Assembly: GCA_964358525.1 (NCBI GenBank)
Contig: CAYHPU010000001.1
Coordinates: 1-48,596, forward strand
Direction: 5' to 3'
DNA length: 48,596 nt
Source of the DNA: an uncultured Gammaproteobacteria bacterium
GTDB taxonomy: Bacteria; Patescibacteriota; Microgenomatia; UBA1406
Under the pieces are notes generated by a model, which worked only from the letters and a program-made list of their open reading frames with translations, made no database searches and was not told the DNA's origin. The translations under genes were made by a program, and so were the position numbers. Positions 17,144-27,538 of the stretch are shown here, piece after piece. Position 1 is the first letter of the stretch; every line of letters begins with the position of its first letter.

Positions 17144-19387
17144 TTATTTGAACTTAATAAGAAGTAGTCTATCTTTCTCCAGAAAGGTATTATACACAAA
17201 ATCTGTCTTGCGAACAACTGGCGTAAAATTTGTTGTCAAAACTCCGAGTGGGGGAGCAACGTGCATTTGATAAATAAAGTCATTGTTTAGTAACCCTATT
17301 TGTTTTTGTACTATAAGTTGATATTCTTTTTCTTTTCCTAATGTGTTTGTGAAATCATACTGGATAGTAACCGAGCGAGACGAACCAATGGGTACTTCCG
17401 CTAAAAAACCAATTCGTTTGAATCCTAAATCTGTATCTTCGACATAGTCGAGCACCGGCTCACCATCAATAGCAACCTTCCTAATAAGCGTTTCTTGGGG
17501 AAGATATACCTGCAAGTAGTTCTTGTACCTTCCTCCGGGAAATACGCGCTCTATTGAATTATTTTGGTATAAAATTGTTAGCGAATTACTTACGTGCCGA
17601 TCCCGATCAATGGACGTTGCCAAACGCACAGAGCGCTGTACAAAAAAATTCGCCTTATTTACCCCCAAGTTTGCATCTACCACCTGCACATAATCAAAAA
17701 AACAGCTCGTACCCGTGTTACATCCGGGTTTAATAACTCTCCCCGTCCAGAATAATTCGTCAAACGACGATTGTACCGATTCTTTACTAAACCGAACTGC
17801 CGCTAGTTTTTCGTCAAACACCGTACCTATTGTCATTACGAGAGAAATAAAATTATAATCACCTTCTTCAAGCTTTGTTTGCGCAGTACGTACTACCGAC
17901 TCTAGGAAATTTCTCTTTCCGTGAGAACCGGGGAAAAATCCAGTTTCTGCATATTCTTGAGCTTTGATAAAAAAGTTGTCGGGAGTTAACCATTCATCGT
18001 ACGACGAAACATAAAAGTCAGGAAAAACACCAATAAGTTTTTGTACAGCGCTCAGTGTTACTCCAATTACCCCGTCAAAACGATCCCATCCCACCTCTGC
18101 TTGAATGAGTCTTTCGATTTCTACCACCGAAGCACCAAAATCGGGAGAAAACGCGGCGTCTCGAACAAATAAATGTGGCTGATCTAAGTACGTTCGTATG
18201 GCGGCGGGCGGATCATAATGAAGTTTTAACTGCCCATCGAGTGAATATACATCATATATCCGAAGCGAGGTTAGTGAGAAGTGTGAAAACTCCATTACCC
18301 CGAGGGAGCCAATAAATCCGCCCCCCGGGCGTAGCTCCATATTATTCATAAATAGAAAAAGATATCGACGTGTACCCTTACCTCCAAGTAAATCTGGCAA
18401 TTCTGTTGTAATCTGCCGAACGAGAGAAATATAGTCCGAAAGTGGTTCAAGTATGTCAACTGCCTTTTTTATATTCGTTTTTTTCCATTGACCGACGGCA
18501 TCGTAATAAAGGTCCCCAAAATCGCCAAGAGTTTTTTTTATTTTTGATAGACGCAACACTATCTCATCTGATTCATTTTTAGTTTTCTGTGGTCGCAAAA
18601 ATAAGTGAGAAAGTGCTTGATACTCCTCAAACAAGTCGCTCCCTTTTATACCAAGACCTGTCGTCTTTTGAAACGCGATTTGCAATTGTAAAACATAATC
18701 TATTCCAGGAACCCAAAACAAAGTATTTTTAGGTACTACCACAAAAAGGGAGGTCGCCCTATCAATAATAGAGAGCTCCAATAGTTTTGCTTTAATTATT
18801 GGAACAGATGAGCGATTTATTTTTGAAAGCTGGCTGAAGAAAAATCCCTCAATAATAAAGAAAATAAAGAAAATTATATTCAGTGCAATAATGCACGATA
18901 AAAAATAAAGGCTTACCCACTTAAGTGCTTGTTTTGGAGTCAATACAAAAGGAGAAGAGTAGGGGTGCGGTCGAATTTGTTTTGAAAAACTAAAAGCATA
19001 GGGAATTGGTGTTTTGAACAATATAAAATGTACTAAATCTTGTATTGTTCTGTCTGTTTTTCCCAGATTGATAATTTTATACTGTGTTAGTTTCTTTTCA
19101 CACCATTTTTTCTTTTGCAAAAACAACAGCTCATTATTAATGATAATTACAATAGGAATCTTACATTGAAACAAAAGTTTCTCTTCGGGAAAATAACCAA
19201 CAAAAATTCCCACATCATATTCTTTATGTGGTTCCGTTGTATTATCTGGGCCGCCAGAATGCTCATATATAATATGCTCATTTTGCAACACGGTGCGAAT
19301 AGCACGGGTCAGTTTGTTTTCGTGTATAAACACAAATAAGGCCGTTTTTTTTTCCTCAACAACCTCAACTATAAATCTTCTTTTCAT
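17144..19387 (-). CDS. DUF4012 domain membrane protein
   Basis: 747 aa with a TM helix around aa 160-185. Hallmark motif LFLFMNNMELRPGGGFIGSLG. Confidence 0.75.
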   Translation of the reverse strand: MKRRFIVEVVEEKKTALFVFIHENKLTRAIRTVLQNEHIIYEHSGGPDNTTEPHKEYDVGIFVGYFPEEKLLFQCKIPIVIIINNELLFLQKKKWCEKKLTQYKIINLGKTDRTIQDLVHFILFKTPIPYAFSFSKQIRPHPYSSPFVLTPKQALKWVSLYFLSCIIALNIIFFIFFIIEGFFFSQLSKINRSSVPIIKAKLLELSIIDRATSLFVVVPKNTLFWVPGIDYVLQLQIAFQKTTGLGIKGSDLFEEYQALSHLFLRPQKTKNESDEIVLRLSKIKKTLGDFGDLYYDAVGQWKKTNIKKAVDILEPLSDYISLVRQITTELPDLLGGKGTRRYLFLFMNNMELRPGGGFIGSLGVMEFSHFSLTSLRIYDVYSLDGQLKLHYDPPAAIRTYLDQPHLFVRDAAFSPDFGASVVEIERLIQAEVGWDRFDGVIGVTLSAVQKLIGVFPDFYVSSYDEWLTPDNFFIKAQEYAETGFFPGSHGKRNFLESVVRTAQTKLEEGDYNFISLVMTIGTVFDEKLAAVRFSKESVQSSFDELFWTGRVIKPGCNTGTSCFFDYVQVVDANLGVNKANFFVQRSVRLATSIDRDRHVSNSLTILYQNNSIERVFPGGRYKNYLQVYLPQETLIRKVAIDGEPVLDYVEDTDLGFKRIGFLAEVPIGSSRSVTIQYDFTNTLGKEKEYQLIVQKQIGLLNNDFIYQMHVAPPLGVLTTNFTPVVRKTDFVYNTFLEKDRLLLIKFK

Positions 19388-21115
19388 TTACCGGATTTCA
19401 ACATTATAAAGAGGCCCTACAATCTGTATATTTGCGGGAGCACGAAGATTAAAGAAATTCTTAAATTCAGATCCATCAAATGAAACAGAGGCTCCATCTC
19501 CACCAACAGTAACACTTATTGTTTTCCCGCTACCCTTGTCCCAATCGATTGATACGTTTTGTGCACGGGAAAAGGGGGCTATATTCCTGTTTTTAAGCTC
19601 TTGTTTTACACGCTCGCTTCCCCACGTATCTGTTCCTGCAGGGTTTCCCTTATCGGGTTGGTATAAATGTTCACGCGTACCTCCGTCTGCTTTTGCAAGC
19701 AAAATAACATTAGTAATATCGGCAATTTCCTCTGGTTTTAACCACGCCGTCTTATCGTATTCAGCACGGGATCCCCAGTTACAATAAAACCACGGGGAGT
19801 CTTTGTCATACGCATTATTCATAAGGTCTGGAAAACTAGAAACATCCCCCGTGGTGTCTCTGGCGTTTTTGGTCCACGCAGTTCCTGACCACCCAATGTC
19901 CCCTGATGAAAAAACATACCCTCCGTGTGTTGAAGAAAACCATGCTTTTATTGGTTGTCCAGAAAGTACCATAACCTGTCCTGCGGTTGCATTCACAGCT
20001 TGTTCCCAATTTCCCCCTTTTGGGTCTGGTTTAAATACCTGACACTGCTCGGTTGTACAAATGGAGCCCTGTCCATTATTCGTATATGCAAGCACATACG
20101 ATCGCGCCGCAATTGCTTGCGCTTTTAAAACGGCTAAATTATTATCTGTCCATGAGTCGGGCACCTCATAGATCCGCTTTACATAATCTTCAAGAGAAAA
20201 ATTACCATATCCTTGCACACTTATTTGAGTGTTGGTATCAACGGCGTTTATTGAATCAAAGCTATAATATGCTTTCAAAATTTCCTCGTGTCCTTGTCCA
20301 GCTTTTGCCCTTCCCCACGCCCCATACTGATTAAGTCCCACGCGGTTTGGAACACCAAAAGTAAAAAAACCAATACGCGGACTAAAACCAGGATTTTTAC
20401 CATTAGTTAAATCACTTGAGCAGCTTCCCACAGCGGAACCAGCCGATTGGGGAATGTTTAACCCCGCCAGTTTTTGTGCAACTAACTGCTGTTGTTGCGC
20501 AGAAAGTTGAGCAATTTTTTGTTGTAATGTACTCTGATATTCTCGCGCCTTTGCCACCTCCACATCGAAATAGTCCCGCTCCTTATTAACGGCGGTTTTT
20601 ACCATCTCTAATTGTTTTGTTTCTGTCGTCAGTTGAATTTTCTTTTCCTCAAGGGTTCTAATAAAGAGAGCGATTTTTAAAAGCTGCGTTCGATCTCGCT
20701 GAACCCCTTGTTGATGAACATAATAGTCTCGTGTTGCTTCGGTTAGGCCCCTACTTAGAAACAGACCAATCAAATTATTTAAATATAAACGCGAGGTTTT
20801 GTAATATTTACGGGCCCGTTCGTCAATAATTTTTTTTTGTTTCAGTAAGTCTGCGTCTCCCAATATAATTTCTTTTTCTTTTGTTTTAATACCGTTCTCA
20901 AAAAAAACGATTTGGTCGTTAATTTTTTTAAGGCTGGCTTCCGCTTTCTGTAAGTTTTCTTCGAGTGGTTTGCTCGTTTTGCGAGAATCTTCGAGCAATT
21001 TTCTCACCTGACCAAGCTCTTGAGATATCTCCTCATATTTGTCTCCAAAAACCGGAAAAGCTAAAGTTAAAATAACAAAAAACAAAATGATAGATTTTGC
21101 GACCAGTTTGTACAT
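19388..21115 (-). CDS. coiled-coil plus SpoIID/LytB-domain peptidoglycan-remodelling protein
   Basis: Signal/TM, then a long coiled coil, then KAQAIAARSYVLAY...CTTEQCQVF...AWFSSTHGGY. The start is set at ATG 21115 (MYKLVAKSIILFF), avoiding overlap with secF. Confidence 0.8.
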   Translation of the reverse strand: MYKLVAKSIILFFVILTLAFPVFGDKYEEISQELGQVRKLLEDSRKTSKPLEENLQKAEASLKKINDQIVFFENGIKTKEKEIILGDADLLKQKKIIDERARKYYKTSRLYLNNLIGLFLSRGLTEATRDYYVHQQGVQRDRTQLLKIALFIRTLEEKKIQLTTETKQLEMVKTAVNKERDYFDVEVAKAREYQSTLQQKIAQLSAQQQQLVAQKLAGLNIPQSAGSAVGSCSSDLTNGKNPGFSPRIGFFTFGVPNRVGLNQYGAWGRAKAGQGHEEILKAYYSFDSINAVDTNTQISVQGYGNFSLEDYVKRIYEVPDSWTDNNLAVLKAQAIAARSYVLAYTNNGQGSICTTEQCQVFKPDPKGGNWEQAVNATAGQVMVLSGQPIKAWFSSTHGGYVFSSGDIGWSGTAWTKNARDTTGDVSSFPDLMNNAYDKDSPWFYCNWGSRAEYDKTAWLKPEEIADITNVILLAKADGGTREHLYQPDKGNPAGTDTWGSERVKQELKNRNIAPFSRAQNVSIDWDKGSGKTISVTVGGDGASVSFDGSEFKNFFNLRAPANIQIVGPLYNVEIR

Positions 21116-21122
21116 TAAATTA

Positions 21123-21986
21123 TTATACTGGTTTCTGTGTAGCAAAACCCTCTTTAAGAAAGTAGAAAAGGGGCGTAGCAATAAAAGGAGATGAGTACGT
21201 ACCAAAAAGTGTTCCTAGAAGTAGCGCTGTCGCAAACCACCGTATTGTCTCCCCACCTAAGAGTATCATCGCCGTTAACATAATAACCACGGTAAACGAG
21301 TTATTAAATGATCTTCCAATTGTTAAAGTGAGTGCCGCATTCACCGTCTCTTCAAGAGAATTGTATGATCCGTTTTTTTGTTCTTCCGCAATTTTATCGA
21401 AAATAATAATAGTGTCGTGCACAGAAAAAGACATGGTTGTTAAAAGTGCGGTAATAAATAACAGGTCAAACTCTGCACCAAAGAACCTCCCCAGCACAGA
21501 CCACGCACACAATAACATTCCTGTGTCATGAAACAGGGCAATTAGTGCGGCGATCGCATAGCGCACATTTCTAAACGAATATGAAATATAAAGAAGTATT
21601 CCGGCTGCAGCAATTCCTACGGCAGCCAGTGTTTTTACTACATTATCTGAGCTCATTGAAGGATTCACCCTTTCGATTCGTACTTGTTTTGCGGCTATTT
21701 CCTTTTTCATTTTTAGGGAGATTTTATTTTGAAGCTCCTTGTTTATTTCCTTTCTCCGTACCAAAAACCCGCTGCCCGTTTCCCGAAAAATAAACTTATT
21801 TTGAGAGGCAATTTTGCGTGCTTTTACTAATAGAGCCTTTTGTTTTAACAAAAATTCTACCGTCGTTCCTCCAACAAAATCAATTGAATAGTTAAATCCG
21901 TACTTGACAATATGAAGTACTCCTAAAATCAAAAGCACAGACGAAAATAAAACAAAAAAATATCGATACCGAATAAATGGAATCAT
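21123..21986 (-). CDS. secF: protein translocase subunit SecF
   Basis: DFVGGTTVEF and six TM helices. Overlaps the secD stop (ATGA). Confidence 0.9.
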   Translation of the reverse strand: MIPFIRYRYFFVLFSSVLLILGVLHIVKYGFNYSIDFVGGTTVEFLLKQKALLVKARKIASQNKFIFRETGSGFLVRRKEINKELQNKISLKMKKEIAAKQVRIERVNPSMSSDNVVKTLAAVGIAAAGILLYISYSFRNVRYAIAALIALFHDTGMLLCAWSVLGRFFGAEFDLLFITALLTTMSFSVHDTIIIFDKIAEEQKNGSYNSLEETVNAALTLTIGRSFNNSFTVVIMLTAMILLGGETIRWFATALLLGTLFGTYSSPFIATPLFYFLKEGFATQKPV

Positions 21987-23323
21987 GATGAGATTTTATA
22001 TAATTTCCATAAAATATTTTTTGTAATAAATACGCCCGTAAACAAACTCACTAGTACGCCAAGCGCCAGTGTAAGCGCAAACCCTTTTACAAGTCCAAAC
22101 TGGGGAAGGAATGAGAAATTAAAGGGATTAAACAAAACAAAACAAACCAAAAGAGTATTTACGTTCGCGTCTCGAATTGCGGAGAGCGCTTTAAAAAAAC
22201 CAACTTTTACCGCCCGACGCTCGTCGCCTAGGCGAAAACGCTCTTCTTTAATTCGTTCCGAAATCAAAATATTTGAGTCAACCGCCATTCCAACAGACAA
22301 AATAAAACCAGCGATACCAGAAAGTGACATTACAACACCTATGGTTTTGTACAAAGCGAGGCTGTAGATTCCATAAAGAAGGAGGGAAAAGACTGCCACC
22401 ACCCCCTCTTTTTTGTATAAAGCAATCATAAAAACAGCAACAGAAACCAGACCAATAATTCCAGCAAAGATACTTTTTTGAATGTTTGAGACACCGAGGG
22501 TTGCTTCAATTGTTTTCTGTTCAACCAACGAAAGGGGTAGGGGAAGCGCTCCTGCGTTTAGCGCCCGCACCATTTGTTTTGCTTCTTCAACGGTATAGCT
22601 TCCGGTAATAACTGCATTTCCGTCTTTAATTTCTTGTTGTACGACGGGGGCTGTTATCAAACGATCGTCAAGAAATATTCCCAGTGGTTGTTGTATGTTT
22701 TTTTTAGTAAGCTGCGCAAATAAATCCTTTCCTTTGGAATTAAAAGTCAAAGAGACTTGTGGTTTTCCACTATTTTGATCAAATACCACGGTGGTATTTT
22801 TCAAATATTTTCCCGAAAGTTGGGTTTTGGTAAAAACGGGAATTTGTGCTGTCTGAGTGCCTATTTTTTGTTCTTCGGTGTGGTATTCTCTAAAATCAAG
22901 AAGTGCGGTCTTTCCCACAAGGTCAATTGCTTCCTGGGGATTTTTATTCCCAGGAATTTCCACCGAAATACGGTGCTTCTCGCCACTTTGGGCAACAATA
23001 ATGTTTGGTTCAGAGACCCCAAAAAAATTAATTCTTCTCTCAACCACGTCGCGCGCAGATTCAACCGCCGCCTTTTTATCTTTGTTGTTGGTTTTTGAAG
23101 TATCAACTTCGAAAACCAACCTACTCCCTCCCTGTAGGTCTAATCCCAATAAAAGCCCCCCTTCGTGAGTTATTTTCTTTCCAAAAACAGTAATTGAAAC
23201 GTTTTTGGGTTTGATTGTGATTTTTTTCTTTGTGAAGGGTGTTGATATTTTTATTTCGGGCAAAGAAAACCACAAAAGAAATAAAGTAACAACAGTTGTC
23301 AATAGTAGTAGTCGAGAGTTCAT
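21983..23323 (-). CDS. secD: protein translocase subunit SecD
   Basis: GLDLQGGSRLVFEVD, a periplasmic-type domain and a C-terminal six-TM bundle. Confidence 0.9.
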   Translation of the reverse strand: MNSRLLLLTTVVTLFLLWFSLPEIKISTPFTKKKITIKPKNVSITVFGKKITHEGGLLLGLDLQGGSRLVFEVDTSKTNNKDKKAAVESARDVVERRINFFGVSEPNIIVAQSGEKHRISVEIPGNKNPQEAIDLVGKTALLDFREYHTEEQKIGTQTAQIPVFTKTQLSGKYLKNTTVVFDQNSGKPQVSLTFNSKGKDLFAQLTKKNIQQPLGIFLDDRLITAPVVQQEIKDGNAVITGSYTVEEAKQMVRALNAGALPLPLSLVEQKTIEATLGVSNIQKSIFAGIIGLVSVAVFMIALYKKEGVVAVFSLLLYGIYSLALYKTIGVVMSLSGIAGFILSVGMAVDSNILISERIKEERFRLGDERRAVKVGFFKALSAIRDANVNTLLVCFVLFNPFNFSFLPQFGLVKGFALTLALGVLVSLFTGVFITKNILWKLYKISS

Positions 23324-23325
23324 GT

Positions 23326-23679
23326 TTAGTTTATCCCCGCCTTTTTATGTTTAAAAACCTCAAGTTCAACAACCCCCCCATCTTCTTCGTCTCCCTCTGA
23401 TTCGTTGAATAATTCACTGAGTCGCTCTTCAAAATAGGAGCGCCCAACTCCACTTTTTTCAAACTCCTGCGCATTCGACCGAATAAGTACGCGCAGCATA
23501 CATGCTCTCCAAATCTTTTCGAGCAGCTCGCTGTCCATTACTTGTGATGAAGGAACACCTCCCCCCCGACACCGAATAACAACGTTATCCATTGTTAGGT
23601 CGCGAATCATTTGTTTTTTTGAGGGGGGGTTGTTGAGGATACGAAAAACCTCTTCTCTTATCTTTTTATTAGAAAACAT
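23326..23679 (-). CDS. hypothetical soluble acidic-tailed protein
   Basis: 117-aa ORF ending 2 nt upstream of the secD start. TACAAT lies 6 nt before its ATG. I recognise no family. Confidence 0.55.
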   Translation of the reverse strand: MFSNKKIREEVFRILNNPPSKKQMIRDLTMDNVVIRCRGGGVPSSQVMDSELLEKIWRACMLRVLIRSNAQEFEKSGVGRSYFEERLSELFNESEGDEEDGGVVELEVFKHKKAGIN

Positions 23680-23818
23680 GGGACAATTGTAGACAATCGC
23701 TTTTCTGTGTCAAGCCGAAACAGATGTACTTGACAACAATGCTCATAAGATCTATTCTTGTGGACAAGTTTTCCACCGCATATTTATCAATCTAGTTTTT
23801 ATACTATTTTAACAGCCT
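23680..23818. other. candidate oriC / dnaA control region
   Basis: DnaA-box-like 9-mers: TGTGGACAA (23759-23767), TTTTCCACC (23769-23777), TGTGGAAAA (23835-23843) and the exact reverse complement TTGTCCACA at 25270-25278. An AT-rich stretch lies at 23781-23815. The flanking genes are divergent. Confidence 0.5.
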
Positions 23819-25153
23819 ATGGACAAGGATTTATTGTGGAAAAAGACGCTTGATGAACTCGGGGTTGATATGCCCGAGTTAACGTTTCAAATGTTTTTTA
23901 AGCACACGTCTGCCCACGAGCTCAACGAAAACACATTAACTGTTGGGTGCCCAAACGACGGGGTTTGTTTTGTTTTGAAAAACAAATACTACGACGCCGT
24001 TTTTAATACACTTCAGAAATATAGTCGTATTCCTATAACAAAAATCATATTTGTGTCTAATCACCAGAACACCCGACACAGGGGAATTATATCCGCCGAA
24101 CTTTTTTCTAATATTGGTCCTGGCGCAGAAGAGAAAATTCGCGCGGCGGGTTTAAATAATCGGTTTACTTTCGAAAATTTTGCGGACTCCGTTTCTAATC
24201 AACTCGCGCACGCCGCACTTCTCGCTGTTAGCCAAAACCCCGGAAAAGCATACAACCCTCTGTTTTTGTGGGGGGGTGTAGGTGTTGGTAAAACCCACCT
24301 TATTCAGGCGCTTGGAAGAAAAATCATTGAAACAACGGGACAAAATGTTCTTTACTGTACTATGGAAGATTTTACAAATAACCTTGTTGAAGCAATAAAA
24401 AACAAATCAACCGCGCCGTTTCGAAAAAAATACCGCGCGTGTGACGTTCTCCTTATTGACGATATTCAGTTTGTTTCTGAAAGGGAGTTTATCCAAGAAG
24501 AACTCTTTTACACTTTTAACAAGCTCCAGGCCGCCGGAAAACAGGTTATTTTTACCTCAGACAAGCCCCCGCGCTCCATAAAAAAAATCGAAGACCGCCT
24601 GGTTTCCCGTTTTTTGAGCGGTCTGGTTATTGATATACAACAACCAGACTACGAACTTAAGACGGCAATTCTCCTTCTTAAGGGACGGGAAAGAGGGCTG
24701 TCCTTAGACGCCGAAACGGCCAGGCTTATTGCCGCCCACATTGAAGAACTACGCGAGCTTGAGGGGTTCTTATTACGGCTTGTTGCACTTAAAGAGTCCG
24801 GGGCTACTATATCAAAAGATTCCGTTGAGCGCATCCTTCTCCAAAACGGCCTGCAACCGGTAAAACGGAATGACCCGCGAGACATATTGCGCGTCGTGTG
24901 CAAGGAAATGGGTGTTTCATTGAAAGATATCAGGGAGAAGGGCCGCAAAAAAAAGGTTGCTCTTGCGAGGCACGTTGCGATGTATTTTTTAAAGACACTC
25001 ACCTCTTTTACCTATGAAGAGGTCGCACGAATGGTAGGAAAAAAGGATCACACTACCGTGATGCACGGGGTTCAAAAAGTTATTAACACGGCCTCTACCG
25101 ACGAAGCGCTTCGTCACAACCTGGAAAGGGTGCGGTCCTATTTTAATTCATAG
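23819..25153 (+). CDS. dnaA: chromosomal replication initiator DnaA
   Basis: AAA+ Walker A GGVGVGKTHL, LLIDDIQF, and C-terminal domain IV with ...VALARHVAMYF...HTTVMHG. Confidence 0.95.
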   Translation: MDKDLLWKKTLDELGVDMPELTFQMFFKHTSAHELNENTLTVGCPNDGVCFVLKNKYYDAVFNTLQKYSRIPITKIIFVSNHQNTRHRGIISAELFSNIGPGAEEKIRAAGLNNRFTFENFADSVSNQLAHAALLAVSQNPGKAYNPLFLWGGVGVGKTHLIQALGRKIIETTGQNVLYCTMEDFTNNLVEAIKNKSTAPFRKKYRACDVLLIDDIQFVSEREFIQEELFYTFNKLQAAGKQVIFTSDKPPRSIKKIEDRLVSRFLSGLVIDIQQPDYELKTAILLLKGRERGLSLDAETARLIAAHIEELRELEGFLLRLVALKESGATISKDSVERILLQNGLQPVKRNDPRDILRVVCKEMGVSLKDIREKGRKKKVALARHVAMYFLKTLTSFTYEEVARMVGKKDHTTVMHGVQKVINTASTDEALRHNLERVRSYFNS

Positions 25154-25239
25154 TTTTACACAATGTTTTCAACACTATTTTGTTCTGTGTTAAAGGGAAC
25201 ATTTCCACTTGTTCACGTTGTATACTATTACAACTATTT

Positions 25240-26346
25240 ATGAAAACAACTGTTGTACGAGAACGTTTTTTGTCCACATTACAAAGCGCGGGTTTTTTTG
25301 TCTCAACAAAAATCAATGAGTTAGGGGCGCTTCGGGGCGTATATATTGAAGTAAGCAAAAACGGAATTATTGTTAAGTCAACAAACATTAATGATTTTTA
25401 TGTGGGGGAATGTGGTGGAAAAGTCGAAGAAGAGGGAAGCGCTTTAGTTGAGTACAAAACCTTCTTTGAGGCAGTTCGCTCCTTTGCGGACACAAAAATA
25501 GTTATTAACACAACCGACAAAAGCCTCATTATTAGGGGGGCGGCGGGGGAAGCACGAATTCCATTAATGGATGTGGCGGGGTTTCCACACCAACAGGAAC
25601 TCAAGGAAAAAAAGGAAATAGAAAAAAATATTTTTTCTCACAATATCCTTGATCGCATTCTTTTCAGTACGGCGACGGAGGAAACGAGGCCAATTTTAAC
25701 CGGGACGTGTATACAATATAAAGACGGACAGATTAATATAGTAGGAACGGACGGTTTTCGAATGTCGCGCGGTGTGGTCGAAACAAAAAAAGGGGAAGCG
25801 AGTGAAGAAAAGTATATTATTTCTTCTCGGAGCCTCGTGGCGGTTTTAAAAATTTTAGGAAACAATAGTAAAGAGGTGTGGTACTATTCCGAGGGAAAGA
25901 CAATTGAGTTTATAGGAGAAGGTCAGAAAATTCAGAGTCGCCTACTTGAGGGAGAGTTTCCTCCTTATGAAAAAGTAATTCCCTTGTCTCACGAAACCCA
26001 GCTTGTTTTTAAAAAAGAAGATTTTTCAAACGCCCTCAAAACAGTTGGTTTATTTGCCCGAGAAGGGTCAAGGATGGTTATTTTTAAAATAGAAGGGGGG
26101 AAGCTGACTCTTTCTTCGGCGTCCCCAGGAAGCGGCGAGGGAACGGCCGAAATAACACCATCTTTATTTGAAGGAAAAGACAATAAAATTACCTTTAATC
26201 ATAAATATTTAGTAGATATTTCAGGACACCTCGATGGAGAAGACATTGTTTTTGAAATGTCCAATCCTTTTGCGCCAGGGGTATTTAAAAATATAAATGA
26301 AGATGGTTACACCCATATAATAATGCCAATACGAACACAAGAATAG
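25240..26346 (+). CDS. dnaN: DNA polymerase III beta sliding clamp
   Basis: Directly follows dnaA. I chose ATG 25240 (MKTTVVRERFLSTLQ). Contains RPILTG...GTDGFRMS and C-terminal MPIR. Confidence 0.9.
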   Translation: MKTTVVRERFLSTLQSAGFFVSTKINELGALRGVYIEVSKNGIIVKSTNINDFYVGECGGKVEEEGSALVEYKTFFEAVRSFADTKIVINTTDKSLIIRGAAGEARIPLMDVAGFPHQQELKEKKEIEKNIFSHNILDRILFSTATEETRPILTGTCIQYKDGQINIVGTDGFRMSRGVVETKKGEASEEKYIISSRSLVAVLKILGNNSKEVWYYSEGKTIEFIGEGQKIQSRLLEGEFPPYEKVIPLSHETQLVFKKEDFSNALKTVGLFAREGSRMVIFKIEGGKLTLSSASPGSGEGTAEITPSLFEGKDNKITFNHKYLVDISGHLDGEDIVFEMSNPFAPGVFKNINEDGYTHIIMPIRTQE

Positions 26347-26351
26347 AGCCT

Positions 26352-27029
26352 CTAGGTTTCTTTATGTGACCCAAACGTGTGAAGCAGTATTTGTGGATAC
26401 TTAACAAAAAATTGGTAGGGGGTTTTAAATATCCTCCGAGCAGACGAAATGGTGTTAATACTCCAAGAAAAACCCACTACTCCAACAGAAGACAGGTGTA
26501 TAGACAAATCAATGTCTTCATGAAAATCGTTTGAAGCGCAGGGCGAAATTTTTCTCCACGCGCTTTTTAAAACAGCCATATTTGGACCAAGAAGAACTTG
26601 TTTTTTATAAAGTAGGCGGCACATAAAAATAAAAAACGCCGAACAAGGAAATCCAATAATCGACCAGGGAAACTCCCTAAAATAAATTGGTCCCGACGAC
26701 GCCACTACCACCGTGTTTGTGGTAAAAAAGGCCTCAATCGCGAGGAGCCAATGATGTGTGGCAAGCGAATCGGCGTCTGTCCGTGCGATAATATCACCAC
26801 GTGCTACTCTAAAACCAGCATCTCGTGCACTCGCGATTCCCTGTTTCTTTTCAAAAACAATCTTTACACGTGGAAAATTTTCCCGAACAAGCCGCACCGT
26901 ATTGTCGGTCGAATTATTATCTACCACAATAACCTCGTCGGGCGCGCGGCTTTGTCTGTAAACAGATTGAAGACAGGCTAGTATTGAGCCCTCTTCATTG
27001 TATGCGGGTATGACAACTGAAATTAACAT
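26352..27029 (-). CDS. family 2 glycosyltransferase
   Basis: SVVIPAYNEEGSILACLQSV...VIVVDNNSTDNT...TDAD. I chose ATG 27029. Confidence 0.85.
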   Translation of the reverse strand: MLISVVIPAYNEEGSILACLQSVYRQSRAPDEVIVVDNNSTDNTVRLVRENFPRVKIVFEKKQGIASARDAGFRVARGDIIARTDADSLATHHWLLAIEAFFTTNTVVVASSGPIYFREFPWSIIGFPCSAFFIFMCRLLYKKQVLLGPNMAVLKSAWRKISPCASNDFHEDIDLSIHLSSVGVVGFSWSINTISSARRIFKTPYQFFVKYPQILLHTFGSHKET

Positions 27030-27078
27030 CTGTTGTAGGTATTGTAACAAAACGCGATTAGTATAGTAGAATATTACT

Positions 27079-27519
27079 ATGGTTGAATCGCTTTTATTTT
27101 TGGTTATCGTGTGGAATTGTGTTTTAACTTTTGTTTTGGTCTATCTGTGGCTATTTATGAATCAATTTTTTCCAAAAAAAAACCGCGGCCTGGTGGGTGT
27201 GCTTGAAGAAAACATGGTAAAGAGCGATCGTTTGGAAAAAGAAGTAAAAAAAATACATGAAAATATTCAGAAGCTCACAAACAACACAGAGGGGTACTAC
27301 CAAAAAACAGGATTGGTGCGTTTTAATCCCTTTGAACGAGTCGGCGGCGAGCAGAGCTACAGCTTGGCCCTATTAGACAATAAAAAAACAGGGGTTGTCG
27401 TTACATTTTTATATACACACGAAGGCGTTCGAACCTATGTAAAACAAGTCGAGGGTGGTCGAGGAAAGGGCGTGGAACTCTCAAAAGAGGAGGAAAATGC
27501 TATTGTACAGGCTCAGTAA
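27079..27519 (+). CDS. DUF4446 family protein
   Basis: N-terminal TM, then GLVRFNPFERVGGEQSYSLALLDNKKTGVVVT...LSKEEENAI, typical of DUF4446. Confidence 0.8.
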   Translation: MVESLLFLVIVWNCVLTFVLVYLWLFMNQFFPKKNRGLVGVLEENMVKSDRLEKEVKKIHENIQKLTNNTEGYYQKTGLVRFNPFERVGGEQSYSLALLDNKKTGVVVTFLYTHEGVRTYVKQVEGGRGKGVELSKEEENAIVQAQ

Positions 27520-27538
27520 GTTTGATACAGTTTTTGTT

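Noticed and set aside
23688-23696. TGTAGACAA as an additional DnaA box
   Set aside because: It has two mismatches to the consensus. It coincides with the TACAAT -10 box of the divergent minus-strand gene (ATG 23679), which explains it better.
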